Shown here: positions 51,522 to 64,000 of the stretch, one piece after another
Numbering within the stretch: position 1 is the first letter of the stretch
How the letters are laid out: every line of letters starts with the position of its first letter
Source: Auanema rhodensis
Lineage: Eukaryota; Animalia; Nematoda
Assembly: GCA_964057225.1 (NCBI GenBank)
Contig: OZ059895.1
Span: forward strand, 18,352,001-18,416,000
DNA: 64,000 nt
Reading direction: 5' to 3'
Translations under genes and position numbers: made by a program
Notes under the pieces: model-generated
What the model was told of the DNA's origin: nothing
The model's input: the letters and a program-made list of their open reading frames with translations, nothing else
Database searches by the model: none

Positions 51522-53404
51522 TTTCTGCCGTTCTCTCTCTCTTCCTCTCTCTCTCTCCTTCTCTCACTTTTTCTATTTCTCTCTCTATTATTTCTTTTTA
51601 CCATTGTCTTATATTGTTTCTTGTTCTTTAAACTTTCGTATAAGGTGAGATTGAAAACTAACAGAACAATAAGGAATAGAAGCATATGTATATAAAGAAT
51701 CATTCAGAAATTGATTTATAAAGGTTTCTAAAACGAATAGAAAATGAGAAATACCTTTTTATAATTCGAAAGAAAGGAAAATCTTCCGAAATATATTTTT
51801 TTACTAAATGTCATCAGACAGGTGACAAGACATGAATTTTGCAACAAGAAGGGATTGATAGCAAAATATTTTAAACAATTGTGGTAAAAATGCTGAACAT
51901 GAGCTCTTTTTTTTAATTTGAAGAAGATAAAACTAATCTGGGTTGGTGAAAAAACGGAACGAGATGACGGATTATTCGAAAACACTTGAAAGTACTGCGA
52001 TTTTGCCAAAAAAAATATTTGTGGTCAGGAAATACTTTTTATGATAATGCTGTATTCCGCCATTTTCTTATAAACTATTATAACTTTGTTAGACAAATAA
52101 AATAATAAAATATATAGTTTCAATCGAACAATTTAAATCAAAAATGGTCTCAAATTGAGTTTTTGGTTATTTTTTCAATGAAAGATAAATGATTTGAGTT
52201 TATTGATATTTTAGACATAAATGATACGAAGCTCACACACACATACATACACACATTCACACACAGATACACACCTGTTGATGTCGCCAATAGGCTACGG
52301 ACAAGACGGCTGTTGCATCAGGAGCATACCAAGAGGAAGAAGTTGAGAATGGAGAAGGGAAGGAAATATTCCCCTACACAAAATAATTGAAAAGAATTAG
52401 TGTGTCGATCAATATATTTTTAAATAAAATAATTATTTTCATTATTTAAATTAAATAGTTATTGTGGTAAAAATTATAATTATAATAATTTGGTATAGTT
52501 ATACATTTAGTTAATTTATCAAAACAAATACATCGAAACATTGCTGTCATTGATTTAACAGTTGAGATTGTAGATTCAACTCAAATGATAAAGCTTTATC
52601 TTCAATATGATTTCATGAATATTTTTTTGTTTCAAGTTTTATAGTTTCACATTGAATATCTCTAAGTTCCCTATAATAATCTTAGTATTTTCCATATTTA
52701 CATCTAAGATTATAGAAAATACTAGAATTTAACCTTTTTCAACTATAAAGAAAAGTTATAATTAAATAGGGTTTGCAACATTCACCGTCTGTGATAACAA
52801 TTTGCCAAAAAAGTTCCCGATTTCCGAATATTTTGCAATTTTTCTTGAACGTTTCATTTCAAGTTAACATTTCGATTTATTATTTTAAGAGAGGTGTAAA
52901 GAAAGAGAGAAACATGAAGAAAGAGAAAGAGAGAGGGAGAGAGAGAGAGAGAAAGAGAGATGAAACTTGTTTGTAAACTGGAAATGATATATAATCTTAA
53001 AAGTAAAAAAAAAACATTTTTGTTCTGATCTTCGCAAAGAATTTTCCTATTTTGTGATCATATATGATGTAAATGTTATAAAGATCAGTGTATTTTGTAC
53101 CAAGTTTGGTAAAGTTTCAAGTTCAAGTTGTGTTCTTTAACAACAAAATCTGGAACTTTGATATTGTGAGAAGTTAGTTATATCAGTGGTGAACCCCATG
53201 TTATTGTAAATCATTATGGTTATCGTTTATTTTTCTGAAGTCATTGATATTGGAAAGAAAACAGTTTATTTCTTATCTAGATCCTTTCGAAGAATCACAA
53301 AAATTTAATATTTACAAAAGAACATGAATTTTACTCTGTTTAGAAAATATAAATTCTTTTGATTATATCATAAATTTATATAATAACACTAGACGTTGCA
53401 CTAT

Positions 53405-53916
53405 TTACTTTCCTGGGACGACGTAAGAGTTTCCAGCTGGTGGTGGTGGTGGTGGGGCGACGTATCCTCCGGCTGGAGCAGCGTATTGTGGACTGAAATG
53501 ATAAAGCATGTGAAATATGATATGGTAAGTAAAATCATTGTATCAGTTAAGAGTATGCCAAAACTGAAAATAGCTAATAGAACTTACGCTGGAGCAATTC
53601 CTCCTCCGCATCCTCCTCCGCATGGGACTGGTGGTGGTGGAGCGGCTCCACATCCTCCTCCACATCCTCCTCCGAGTCCTGGAAGAAGTCCTCCTCCGAG
53701 GCAAGCGAAGGCTGGGGAAGCAAGAAGGGAAAGGAAGAAAAGAAGTTTCTGAAATATTTTTCATTAGATTGATGCATGAATGTATGATTAGATAGCCATC
53801 TGATAAATTTTGGAATTTCTAGAATTTCTGAGAATCTCAATAGTTGAATGAGATTCAGAAAGTAGTCGGATATATTGAATATAAAGTTATAACTTTAATA
53901 TAAGCTGACTTACCAT
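53405..53916 (-). CDS. Small secreted Gly/Pro/Cys-rich protein (83 aa), probably cuticle or apical extracellular matrix
   Basis: Exons 53916-53914 (ATG|GTAAGT), 53748-53588, 53492-53405 with consensus TTTCAG/GTAAGT sites give MKLLFFLSLLASPAFACLGGGLLPGLGGGCGGGCGAAPPPPVPCGGGCGGGIAPAPQYAAPAGGYVAPPPPPPAGNSYVVPGK. Strong GGA/CCA codon bias. Confidence 0.88.
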
Positions 53917-53960
53917 GATCGAAAGACGAAAGAAGAGAAGACGAGCTTGATCGCTGTGCC

Positions 53961-53988
53961 GAATGACGAGAAGGCTCATCCTTATATG
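53961..53988 (-). promoter_or_regulatory. TATA-like box and initiator of the Gly/Pro-rich gene
   Basis: CATATAAG at 53988-53981 followed by Inr-like TCATTC at 53966-53961. Confidence 0.45.
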
Positions 53989-56900
53989 GAGGCCTCACCT
54001 GCTAGCTCCGCCCATACCTGGTCAGCTACAGAAGAAGTGTGAGAAGCCCCACCCGTAATACAAAACTGCAGCTGGTGCATTAGGCAAACGGTTCCAGACG
54101 GACCGGCTTTTCTCTTGTCATCATGTCCTCCGTGAATCTATTATCGACGAGATAGAGAGAAAAAGAGGGAGAGAGAAATAGTTGGGGAGGAGATGAATAA
54201 AAAAGACCGATAGAGGGAGAGAGAAAGTAAGTGGAAAAGAAACAAAAAAGTTTTATAGGTGTTTCGAGGGCTGATACGGTGGGTCCAATTAAAAGAGCAA
54301 CGACAATGTTCTTTTTCGTTGTCTCTATCCTTTTCAAGCATCATTCAGCTGTCTCTTTCTACATTGCGTCTTCATCACCCTCTATCGGCTACATTCTCTT
54401 TTATGGCTATTGTCCTGAAATTCTGCATAATCTTGAGAATCTTGTAGCATTGCCTTTGTAAAAAGTCATTTTCTTATCCACATGTACATCCACATACACG
54501 GTCGTATGTTCCCGGATGGCAAAGCTACGACGGCTAGTTTCTATCGTTATGAACGTGGTTGTATTAACAATCAGAGACAACGCGTATTCTTCTTCTTCTT
54601 CTTTTTTCTTCTTCTTCTTCTTCCTCGTGTCCAAGACTTCTAACCTGATGAGACACCGTTGAAAATACGCAAATGTTAAAAAAAAAGAACAGCTGAATCT
54701 ATGATTCGGCTTTAAGATACAAGCTGCTTCTAAATAAAAATCCTGGAGTAATTGAGACGATGTTAACAACTATGAACATGACTACTTCACAAACTGTTCG
54801 AAGGTCACTCCGGTATTTACGGATCTTCTTACGACCAGAATGATCTTCTACTTCGTCAGATAATTTGAGTATTCGTTTCCTTAGCCTATACAACTAAACC
54901 ATTAGCCGACATGAAGATCTTCGAGCTACGATCTCAACGATTACATCGAATTAGTACAATTGAAACTGTATTAGCTCGATATATACATAGCTGACAAACC
55001 TTCTCCTCATGGCCATATGTAAGCTAGATTCTACATAGCTACTTTACCGAATTTTCGGCTTATACAACTAAAGGATTTGCAATGCATCATAGATGGAACG
55101 ATGCCAAATCGCTTTGAGAGGATAAATCTCAATCAGGATGGAAGTCTTTGCTATGCTAACAATCGTAGTTTTACATGTGTCCATGTATTTCAGTAAAGGA
55201 ATAAAAGAAAAAAAAATATTTTCCCCATCTCTCCAACCATCCATTTCCTCAAGTAGCACTATCATCAGATTGTAAATATACAATTTGTTTACTGTACCAT
55301 CATCTATTCATCCATTGAAAATCTCTCGTATGAAATTTAGATAATTTTTTCAAAATAAATTGTTCTAATAGACCATTTCTATTTTCGTCGGAAAAAGAAA
55401 CAGTTGTTGAAAACTTCGATTGCTATATGCATCAAGTAATAGTTCTTTCCGAAAAAAAGAGCAATTTTGGTCATTTTGTCTCACAAAATGAAAGTTGGAC
55501 TTTGTTAAACTTAGTTGTTACAACCATTTTATATGCGGTTTCACTTCTTTTGCTTCGCACCTTTGTTTGGTGAATTAAAAAAAAGCAGTTCAGTCTACAA
55601 CTTTATGAGATCAAAAAAAAAACAGTTCAAGTGAAAATATGTGATTTTAAATTTTAATGCAGAAATCTTGGGTTGGATCTGTTTCTAAAAAATGTAGACA
55701 AAGTTTGCAGTTTCACGTATCATCTACGTATATCATGCACTATTTGTGTACTTTATTTCTATTTCTCACTTCCTATCCCCCCCTCTCTTTCTCTCTCTCT
55801 CTCTTACTCACTCTCACTATTAATGATACTGTCGCTAATTTAGTGGAACCTCTATCAAAAAATGCTAAGTGAAATGAAAACATTTGAAAAATTATCATTG
55901 AAAAGTGATTATACGAGGAAGTATATGTATGTATACATCTTATACTTATCAACACATTCATCAACATCAAATTCATGAACTTGAATGTTGATAAAGCTTA
56001 AAAGAGAAAAAACTATTAGAATGCTACAATCATTCCGTAACAATTTTATTATTTTTTACTATTTGTAATAATTATAAAACTAATATGTAAAAATTAATAA
56101 TTTCAGTCATCTGAGTAAAAAGTTCACCTTTCTCAACTCATATTATTCTTGTTAGAGATCAAAAGATTTTTGGAATCAAAATGTCAGTTTTTTTTTTATT
56201 TTATTTCTCATATCTTTTTATTGTTTTTCTTTAAACCTTGTATAATGAAGCATATCTTTTTTTTTTAATAATTATATTTATAGAAAACTGGAAATACAAT
56301 ATTCATTGATATATTTAATAACATCCGGTTGAAAAAAGTAGCTCAGATTAATGTTTCCGTATAGTCCGACCAGTTTGTATCACAAATTTTCTTAAAAACA
56401 AGAGCGAATCCAGGAAGAAATTTCATTAAAATTCAGTTTATTCGTTTCTGTTTGTTAAAACCAGAAACTTCTGATTAAAGCGGATATTCTAATACTTCTT
56501 TTTTTTAATTTGTAACACCTATATATTAAAGTTTACAAAACATTCATCTATATATACATATATGAATGTTGAAACATACTGATTAGCACACTGTCCTTGA
56601 CAGAGTGAAATTCAAATTGCAGATGTATACGTGAGGAAACTGGATGACAAGATGTAGCAAGCGTGCTGATGAAAGTAGCAAGGCTAAGCAATCTGGAATC
56701 AAGGATGAGGACATTTCTGGAGAATCTCAAGTCAAAATGTGCTTTCATCACTTGACCAGTCTCTCTTTCTCTCTTATGCAGCCTTGTTATTTCTCTCTCA
56801 TTGTGCTGTACCTGTTGTACCTTACACCCATATCCCATTTCAATGCATCATCATCCAGGCGGCAAACTGTTTTATCTCAGATTCTTGTTCATTTCAATTT

Positions 56901-58250
56901 CTTTTTATTCTGAATGATTTTCAAACACAATCATCGGGCTGTTTCTTTTTTTGTCAGTCAAAGTTTCAACAAGCCAAGCATCAACGACGTTTGTCAGTGT
57001 TGTACCTTGTCTCTTCCTACTTTGCTTCTTCTCGTCGTCTCGCCCCTCCTCTTCCTTATAGGTATTCATCATATTTATCCGATCTTTTCTCGCGCTACTC
57101 GTTTCATACCAATAACACAGTCAAATCCTCTTCAACCATTGAATGAGGAATGGGACAGGTAGTTTAGCATTCATCTTTTATTTCCATATATGTTATATCC
57201 CTTTCCTCACCTAGCCTTCCAGCCTTTTCATCTGTCTACGCAATAGATCAAGCTATACCTTTCTCAGCTACAACAGCAACATCAGTAGCAACAGCATTCA
57301 CATTGTCATCATTCTTTATGCGTATTGTCTGATGGCTCTTCTAGCTGTCTTTCGGCCGTCTATCCAGCCGGATCATTCAAATCATGCAATTTGTCCTTTG
57401 ACAGTTAAGAAATTCAAATAGAATACGATGGGAAAGTATACTAGAACGTAGGCAGGGGTTGACGAAATTGAAACAAGTTGCGCCGGAGACAAGAACGAGG
57501 GAAATGTCTAGAGTGATTCATTGATTTGCAAAAACATTTAATTCAAATAAGTTTTGAATAAAACTGAGGCAGATCGACACAACTCAAAACTTTAAAGTTT
57601 TCAGTAGGTTTCGCATATTTATTTGAAGAATGATACTTTCATCATCAATATTTTACAAAAAAAATTGTAAATGAACAAAGAACAAAGAACCGGAAAGTGT
57701 TTTTTACCGAACGGTCAACATTAAATTCGAACAATCCAAAGATTTCTTATTATTCTTTATGTATTATACAAATTTTCATCGTTTTTTCCAAAATCAGAAT
57801 TTCTCGACATTTAAAATTTAAAAAATTTATGATATACTCTTAAAAATTATTTTTTCTTTGGTTTTATCTAAAAGTCTTTCCTGCTGAAATAATATTTATT
57901 GTTTCATTGTACATAAAGATTAGATTTATAATTTAAATTATTTATTTAAAAAATTAAAATAAAAGAATTTCAATAAAATATGAAAAGAAGTATTTTGCGA
58001 ATCATTGTTCATGAGCAGTAATTGAGTTATAATAGTTAATTATGAATGCCTAAAAAAATATTTTTGAGAAGAAATAAAGAAAAATATAATATAATTGAAA
58101 GAAATTGAAAGAAATTTCTTAATGAAAGCTTTTACTTTAAAAACAAAACTGCTATTGAGATATGAAGGTATAAATCATTTTTCAATATATAATATATTTC
58201 TTTATATATGATATATAATAAAAAATATATAATGATTAAAATAAAAACAT

Positions 58251-58525
58251 CTAAAACGATATTAATAAAGCTGTTGATATGAATAGACCCAGTAAACTGA
58301 TCCAAAAGAGATTCTCCTCATCACCCGTATATTTAAGTTTGAATAAATTCCTATTTCGAAGTTTACGACCATTTCTGGCAGTCCATCTGAGTAAAATATT
58401 TAATAAACAATAATTATGCGTATGGAATACCTTAACCAGAAATTTTGATCATTAGAATGCAATGTTCTATAGTATTTAAGCATTGAAGCTAATTGCGTTG
58501 ATCTACTCCAATATCTATAATAATA

Positions 58526-58558
<33 letters not shown>

Positions 58559-61500
58559 TATATTATTTTTTTTACCTATTCAAATTGTTTTCCATCTTCA
58601 ACATTGCTATCTCCAAGTCTCCATGTGATAATCTACTGGTAGGTACAACTTCAGCTGCACCTAGATCAGCTAATCGTCTTAAATTGGATCCTTGATCTCC
58701 CTAAACAGTATATAGAATTTCAAAATAATATATCTAAGTAGTTTACCTGTAACGGAACTCCTATAACAGGAACTCCAAATAGCAGCAGTTCATTGATGGT
58801 GTTGATGCCTCCATGGCAGATGATGTATTGAAGGTTTGGATGAGCTGAAATGAAGAAAAACTTAATCGGAAGTTTTAGAAATATTTAAAAAAATTCTTCA
58901 AATAAGAGTGATCGAAGATAAGCAACCGCATTTCGTGATAATCTTCAATACAATGAAAAATCACGTGAGAGTACACGTACGCTAAAGATGACGTGAACGT
59001 AAGGATATTTAATATTCAAATTGGAATATGTATATATAGATATATATATATATATTTCAAGTAATTCTTATAATTATATTAAATATTAGATATATGTTTT
59101 ATAAATCTTACATAATAATTCCTTGATTGGAGCCCAGTGTATCAATATCATGTTATCTGGCTTACTAATATTCTGCTGCACCAGAATTTCTTCAATAGCA
59201 GAGTTAGTTTGCCATATAATAGTTTTTGATGATTTGCCAAATGTGGCCAATAACTGTTTTAACAACGGTATTGGCATATTTTCAACCTATATTTTATATA
59301 AATATGATTGGAAGAAAGATAAAACAATACTAACCATGGCGACACTTCCAAAGCTGACTAGAACAAATGGTGAAGTATTGATCATATTCCAATCTATATT
59401 AGGAAATTGACTTGAAACATGTTGAAATCTCTTCTCAATAACAGAAGATGATAGTCCTTCGTATAGATGATTTCTAAAATATTTTAAAAATTTATCTAAT
59501 AATATATTCTATATAACTAACTAACCGATATGCTAATGTATTAACTATACGTCTTGAGGGAATACTATAAGTTTTTCCACAGTTGGTCAGACAATTCTGA
59601 GACATAGAAACATTATTAGAAATGCATGGGATAGTAGGAATTGTAGAATATGAAAGTGTGGGATAATCAGAATGATTATCATATGTATGATTATGTTGAT
59701 GTGTTCCTTCTTCCGACGACGATGGTAACCAGATGACAAATTCTTGAGGATCCCTGAAACAATCAATCATTAGTTAAAATAAATAAATAATTTTTCTTAC
59801 TTGCAATTTGATCCACCAAAATGTTTTACACGATTATTAATTGGTCTAATGACATCAAATAGAAATTCTGAACGGCCAGCATAGATGATGCGTTGAGCTT
59901 CTGATTCAATGACTCGAACCTGAACAGAGTTTCAACAATACGTGAGGAAGTGTATATAAAACCTCAGGGTATCCTTCTCGAACAAATAATTGATTCAACA
60001 CATAAATCTGGATATATCTAGTGATGACAATAAGATAATGAAAGATGACATTGCCAACTCTGGTGAGGAATGACATTTCCAATCCACTAAATGGAGTTCC
60101 TAAAATCAAATATTATTACTTGACAAAGTTGTTGAAAGTTTTGGTTGATTATTAAAACAAAAGTTCACTTATATCTATATTGATGTACCTGTTTTAGGTA
60201 TAACTGTTGGATTAGCTGGCACATTCAATGATGTGATATAGCCATCGGCAATTGGCCAATTTGAAAACTGAACAACTGAAGCATTCAACATGTGACTCAA
60301 ACATCCAATACATTCCTAAGCCGTATACTTTAGTAATTTGTCTTCAAATTTGAATTTACCTGAAGAAAATGATCCAATACAACAACATCTGCTTTCACCG
60401 TCTTAATATATTCCAAAAATTTTGGATTTTTCAGCATAGCTTCACAGAATGTTTGGTGTCTTTCCAACATCCTGAAATAATATTTTATTATAAAAAACAA
60501 ATAAAACGTTTATATTTAATTATAAACTATATACTAACTTATAAAAGATGAAAGTTCCACGAGTATCCAGCAGATTATCAAAATCAGTTGGCACATTCAT
60601 CTGCCACAACAATGAGCCTGCAGCTTTCATAATCCATCGTCCTATAATATAATTTATTAAATATATATATATATATATTAATAAAAATCTTCATTTTTTT
60701 CAATAATTAACTTTGGTATTTGACTTGGAAAAGTAATCATTTTAATGGAAAACAAGAAACACTTAGATGAGAACATGACTGAACTAATCGAATTAACAAA
60801 CTTTCAGTTAAAAGTTTTTTTTTCAAATTGCTTTAAAAGAGCTGCCAAATTACTTGCACAGACTATTATATATTTTTTTTTATTATTTTACAATTCGAAA
60901 TTTTATAAAAATAATTTAAACACGCAATTATTTCAAAGAGAAAGAGATAAAGAGAGAGAGAACGAGAGAGAGAATAGTTGAATGAAAAATTTGAACCGAA
61001 AAAAACAGTTTTTTACGATTCATATCATTTAAGTTTATAAAGATATAGTATAAGTTGGTTTCATCAATAGCTTTTTTAAATTTTTCTGCAAATTTTACGA
61101 ACGAGTTCCAAACTAGATTCGGAACTTTATTTTAAATAAAAGTATTATTCTAACCAGTAAAGTACGAAAAGATTGAGAGTATATTTTTATTTTTAATACT
61201 TCTTAGAAATATTATTCTCCTCATCTTGTTCTCTCTCTCTCTCTCCCTCTCTCTCTACGCTTAGAACAATTGTTCAAATTAGAACAAATTTGTTCTTTTT
61301 GTCTTGTTCCAATCATGTGTTTCGTACCTACTTGAAACATCCAAGGCCTTCTCGTTCATACACACGGACGTACAGTCTTTATCTCGTTATTTCTGATTCT
61401 CTATCACTTTCTCTCTTTTTCTTTTGATCTGTTTTCTATTTCTTCTCCCTCGCATTCTTTCAATTTCTCTTTCTCTTGATTGTTTCAATGAACGGAAAAA

Positions 61501-62211
61501 AGAGCTATAGGTTAAAGATCAGAAAACTATATTAGAGAATAATCATTTCTTATAGAATGCAAATCCAAAATGATTAACTAGAATACAGTTTGGACTGATA
61601 TTTCAGACCTTACAACTTGTTGAAATATAAGAATAAAGACTACTGAGTGATAATCAATTGGTAGTAGTGATAGAAAGAAGTTTCAAAAATGTTTTTGACA
61701 TTGAAAATGCTTTAGTTCTATCATGAACAATGCCAAAAAGCTTTCGTGAATATTGATTAAAGAACATTTTAACTAAAAGTGAAAAAGACAATATCAGAGT
61801 TAGAAAAATGAACAGCAATAGAGAAATCACGTCTGATCAGAAAAATATCAAAACTGATGAAGTACGACAGTTATATGAGTAGAAGTGAAAATATGCGAAG
61901 CTTTTTGATTGTAAAAACAACAAAACTATTAATATATGTATTCTCATACCTTCATCATTAACACCATCTAATGAGATACGGTTCCAAGCTGGAGGTAGTT
62001 GTATTTCACCAAATCCAAAATCATATAGAAATGTTTGAATCCATGTAATATTGTCAGAACTATCTGCAAAATCTTCTCCAATCTGCTTCATCATAGCATC
62101 GTGACTGTAGCATCCGCTAGATGGAAATAGAGCTATTTCCAAACTGCTAGCATATGTACATATGAACGTCAGCAGGCAGAATAGTCTTGAGCATGGCCCC
62201 GAGCTGACCAT
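58251..62211 (-). CDS. UDP-glucuronosyl/glucosyltransferase family protein (614 aa, 13 exons), divergent
   Basis: Exons 62211-61950, 60641-60539, 60471-60360, 60315-60189, 60099-59963, 59919-59801, 59753-59526, 59473-59335, 59286-59112, 58844-58747, 58700-58576, 58514-58431, 58386-58251 total 1845 nt. Signal peptide, YSH catalytic-His motif, MSFLTRVGN, LVSFGSV, signature WAPIKELLSHPNLQYIICHGGINTINELLLFGVPVIGVPLQGDQ, C-terminal TM helix. Confidence 0.92.
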
Positions 62212-63461
62212 GATTCAGTCTAGCTCAAGCCAATTTGTGACTATTCTATATGTGAAATCAGTTGATAGAACCCAAGAGCACTATCTCGAGTACGTCTATC
62301 AAACTTGTAGCCGAATGTCTATAAGATGAGCGTTATTCAACATGTTTGAAGTAAAGTAAATTGGCCCTTAAATATAAAGAAAAACAACTATTGCACTTAA
62401 AGTCTAATAATGGTAATGAAATATTATAGTGGTACAATTATTTTTTTTTAGAAATTATGAAGAAAACGAGAAAATTCTGTTATAAGTCATGTGCTTAAGA
62501 TATTGTGAGATGGAATATAACAGTTAAAATTAAATTTAAAAAAAAACACTTCAGATTTACATGATGGTTCTTTCTGAAAACAGGAATCAGATGAAGAAAA
62601 GTAGCCAGTAGGTAGAAAGATTCTTTAGGTAAGGTAAGAGGAGGGGGAGATGTTTAGAAAAAGTTGAACGTGAGAACTGGGCAAAATGATAGAAGTAGTA
62701 GTCGAATATAATGAAGTATGAAGTATGGCAGCATAGTAAACAGAATAGCAAAAATAGAAAAGTGTATGTACGTTCCTTCTGAAAATGATTGGAGATCTTA
62801 TAGTGCTTGATGCAACAGTAGGTAGACTTCATTGATTTCAAATGAAAAGCGTTAGAAAGTTTGTAAGAATGATAAGAAGACCTGTGGCTAAAAAAAAAGA
62901 AAAAGAGGGAGACCGTAAGAGAAGTGGACGAGGTATAGAACACCAGGTCTTCTCGTGGGTGTTGAGTGGGTGGAAAAGTAGACGAATGATGGCAGCAGCA
63001 TAGCATAGCTGTATGAGGTCAAAATGGCGACAAAGAGTACAAGAAGTTATCGTTCCCGTGTCCCACAAAATGACATCGAAAAACGACTGAAAACGTTAAA
63101 CCGACCTTGGCTATGAAAACGGTAAGAAGAGAAGACAATTACAAGAATACAATGAGAAGCATGGTGTACTAAACCAAAATTCAAAGAAGAAAGAATATAT
63201 TACTCAAAAGTATCTATATGAACTGAAGTAAGGTTGATGGTACATCAAGTACGAAGAAAAAATGATTCTCAGAAAAGAAGTTATATTTCAATGTCAAATG
63301 AACGTTAGAGCAAAGGTTCAGTTGAAACTTTGGACGTGACTTTGTGAATGAATAATCAGTTTTTTTTTTGTAAAATAAGAAACAAAGTACAGAGGTAAAG
63401 TTAAGCAAGATCAGTAACATAAATCAAGGAAGTAGAGGAAAGAAAGATCAAAGAAAGGGAG

Positions 63462-63466
<5 letters not shown>

Positions 63467-63521
<55 letters not shown>

Positions 63522-63531
63522 AAGAGAGAGA
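63467..63531. repeat. Interrupted (AG)n microsatellite
   Basis: Directly visible. Confidence 0.95.
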
Positions 63532-64000
63532 TGGTAAGTTTAAAATACAACATTCTTCTGAATTTAAATGACCTTTCTATATTTAATTATACATTATTTT
63601 CACATAATTATCAATATATAGAAATCTGATAAATCTTCTTCATTAATAATTCCATTCGATACATTACGGTTTTACTTTTTTTGAAGAGAGTAGAGCACAA
63701 AGGCATGCATTGGTCTTCTGGTCACAACATGATTGATGACGTAATCAGTTGGTAAGATACCTGAAATGGGCGTCTGAAAGATGTACGATATTGCTAGCTG
63801 ATGATGACGTAGCTACTTGTCGCTAAAAAAATGATTTCACATCGTTGATTTCAGTTTTCTGTTTGTAAATCTAAATTGATCATTAACGTATTGTGAGTTT
63901 ATTGGCATTTTTTTTATTTCTTTATCAATATAATTAATACAGAATATATTAAAAGGTCATTTAAAGGGTGTGGAATACTTTTTCCACCCATCGCTTCCCT

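Noticed and set aside
53396-53840. ORF-track proteins 53396-53752 (+), 53543-53764 (-) and 53574-53840 (-)
   Set aside because: Wrong-strand or wrong-frame shadows of the spliced Gly/Pro-rich gene.
54889-55071. Direct repeat TATACAACTAAA about 170 bp apart
   Set aside because: Only 12 AT-rich bases and no terminal inverted repeats or other element hallmarks.
63012-63127. Plus-strand short ORF ending near a GTAAGA donor, possible first exon of a divergent gene
   Set aside because: No homology or linked downstream exon identifiable.
63676-63760. Minus-strand exon-like segment ILPTDYVINHVVTRRPMHAFVLYSLQK resembling an HMG-box start (RPMNAF)
   Set aside because: Good acceptor but I found no downstream exon continuing the HMG helices; could be chance, and needs sequence beyond the window or RNA-seq.

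Overview
AT-rich nematode genomic DNA (TTTCAG-type acceptors, many 41-60 nt introns, abundant AG/TA microsatellites); every gene recognised is on the minus strand. Bases 1-19830 are a tandem array of an indel-free 264-bp unit. Each unit carries one 72-nt tRNA-Ala(AGC) gene and an oligo-T terminator; there are 75 copies in the window and the array runs off the left edge. The array begins 27 nt after a splice donor of the nicotinic receptor gene acr-3, so it appears to fill an acr-3 intron in sense orientation. Upstream lie acr-2 (operon-like spacing to acr-3) and unc-63, so three subunits of the nematode neuronal ACR-2R receptor sit in tandem. Further right are about 13 kb with no recognisable gene, a small secreted Gly/Pro/Cys-rich protein gene and a divergent UDP-glucuronosyltransferase. 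The roughly 150 ORFs of 60-80 aa in the array are artefacts of the repeat. Gene names rest on recalled similarity to C. elegans proteins, and exon boundaries were traced by hand.
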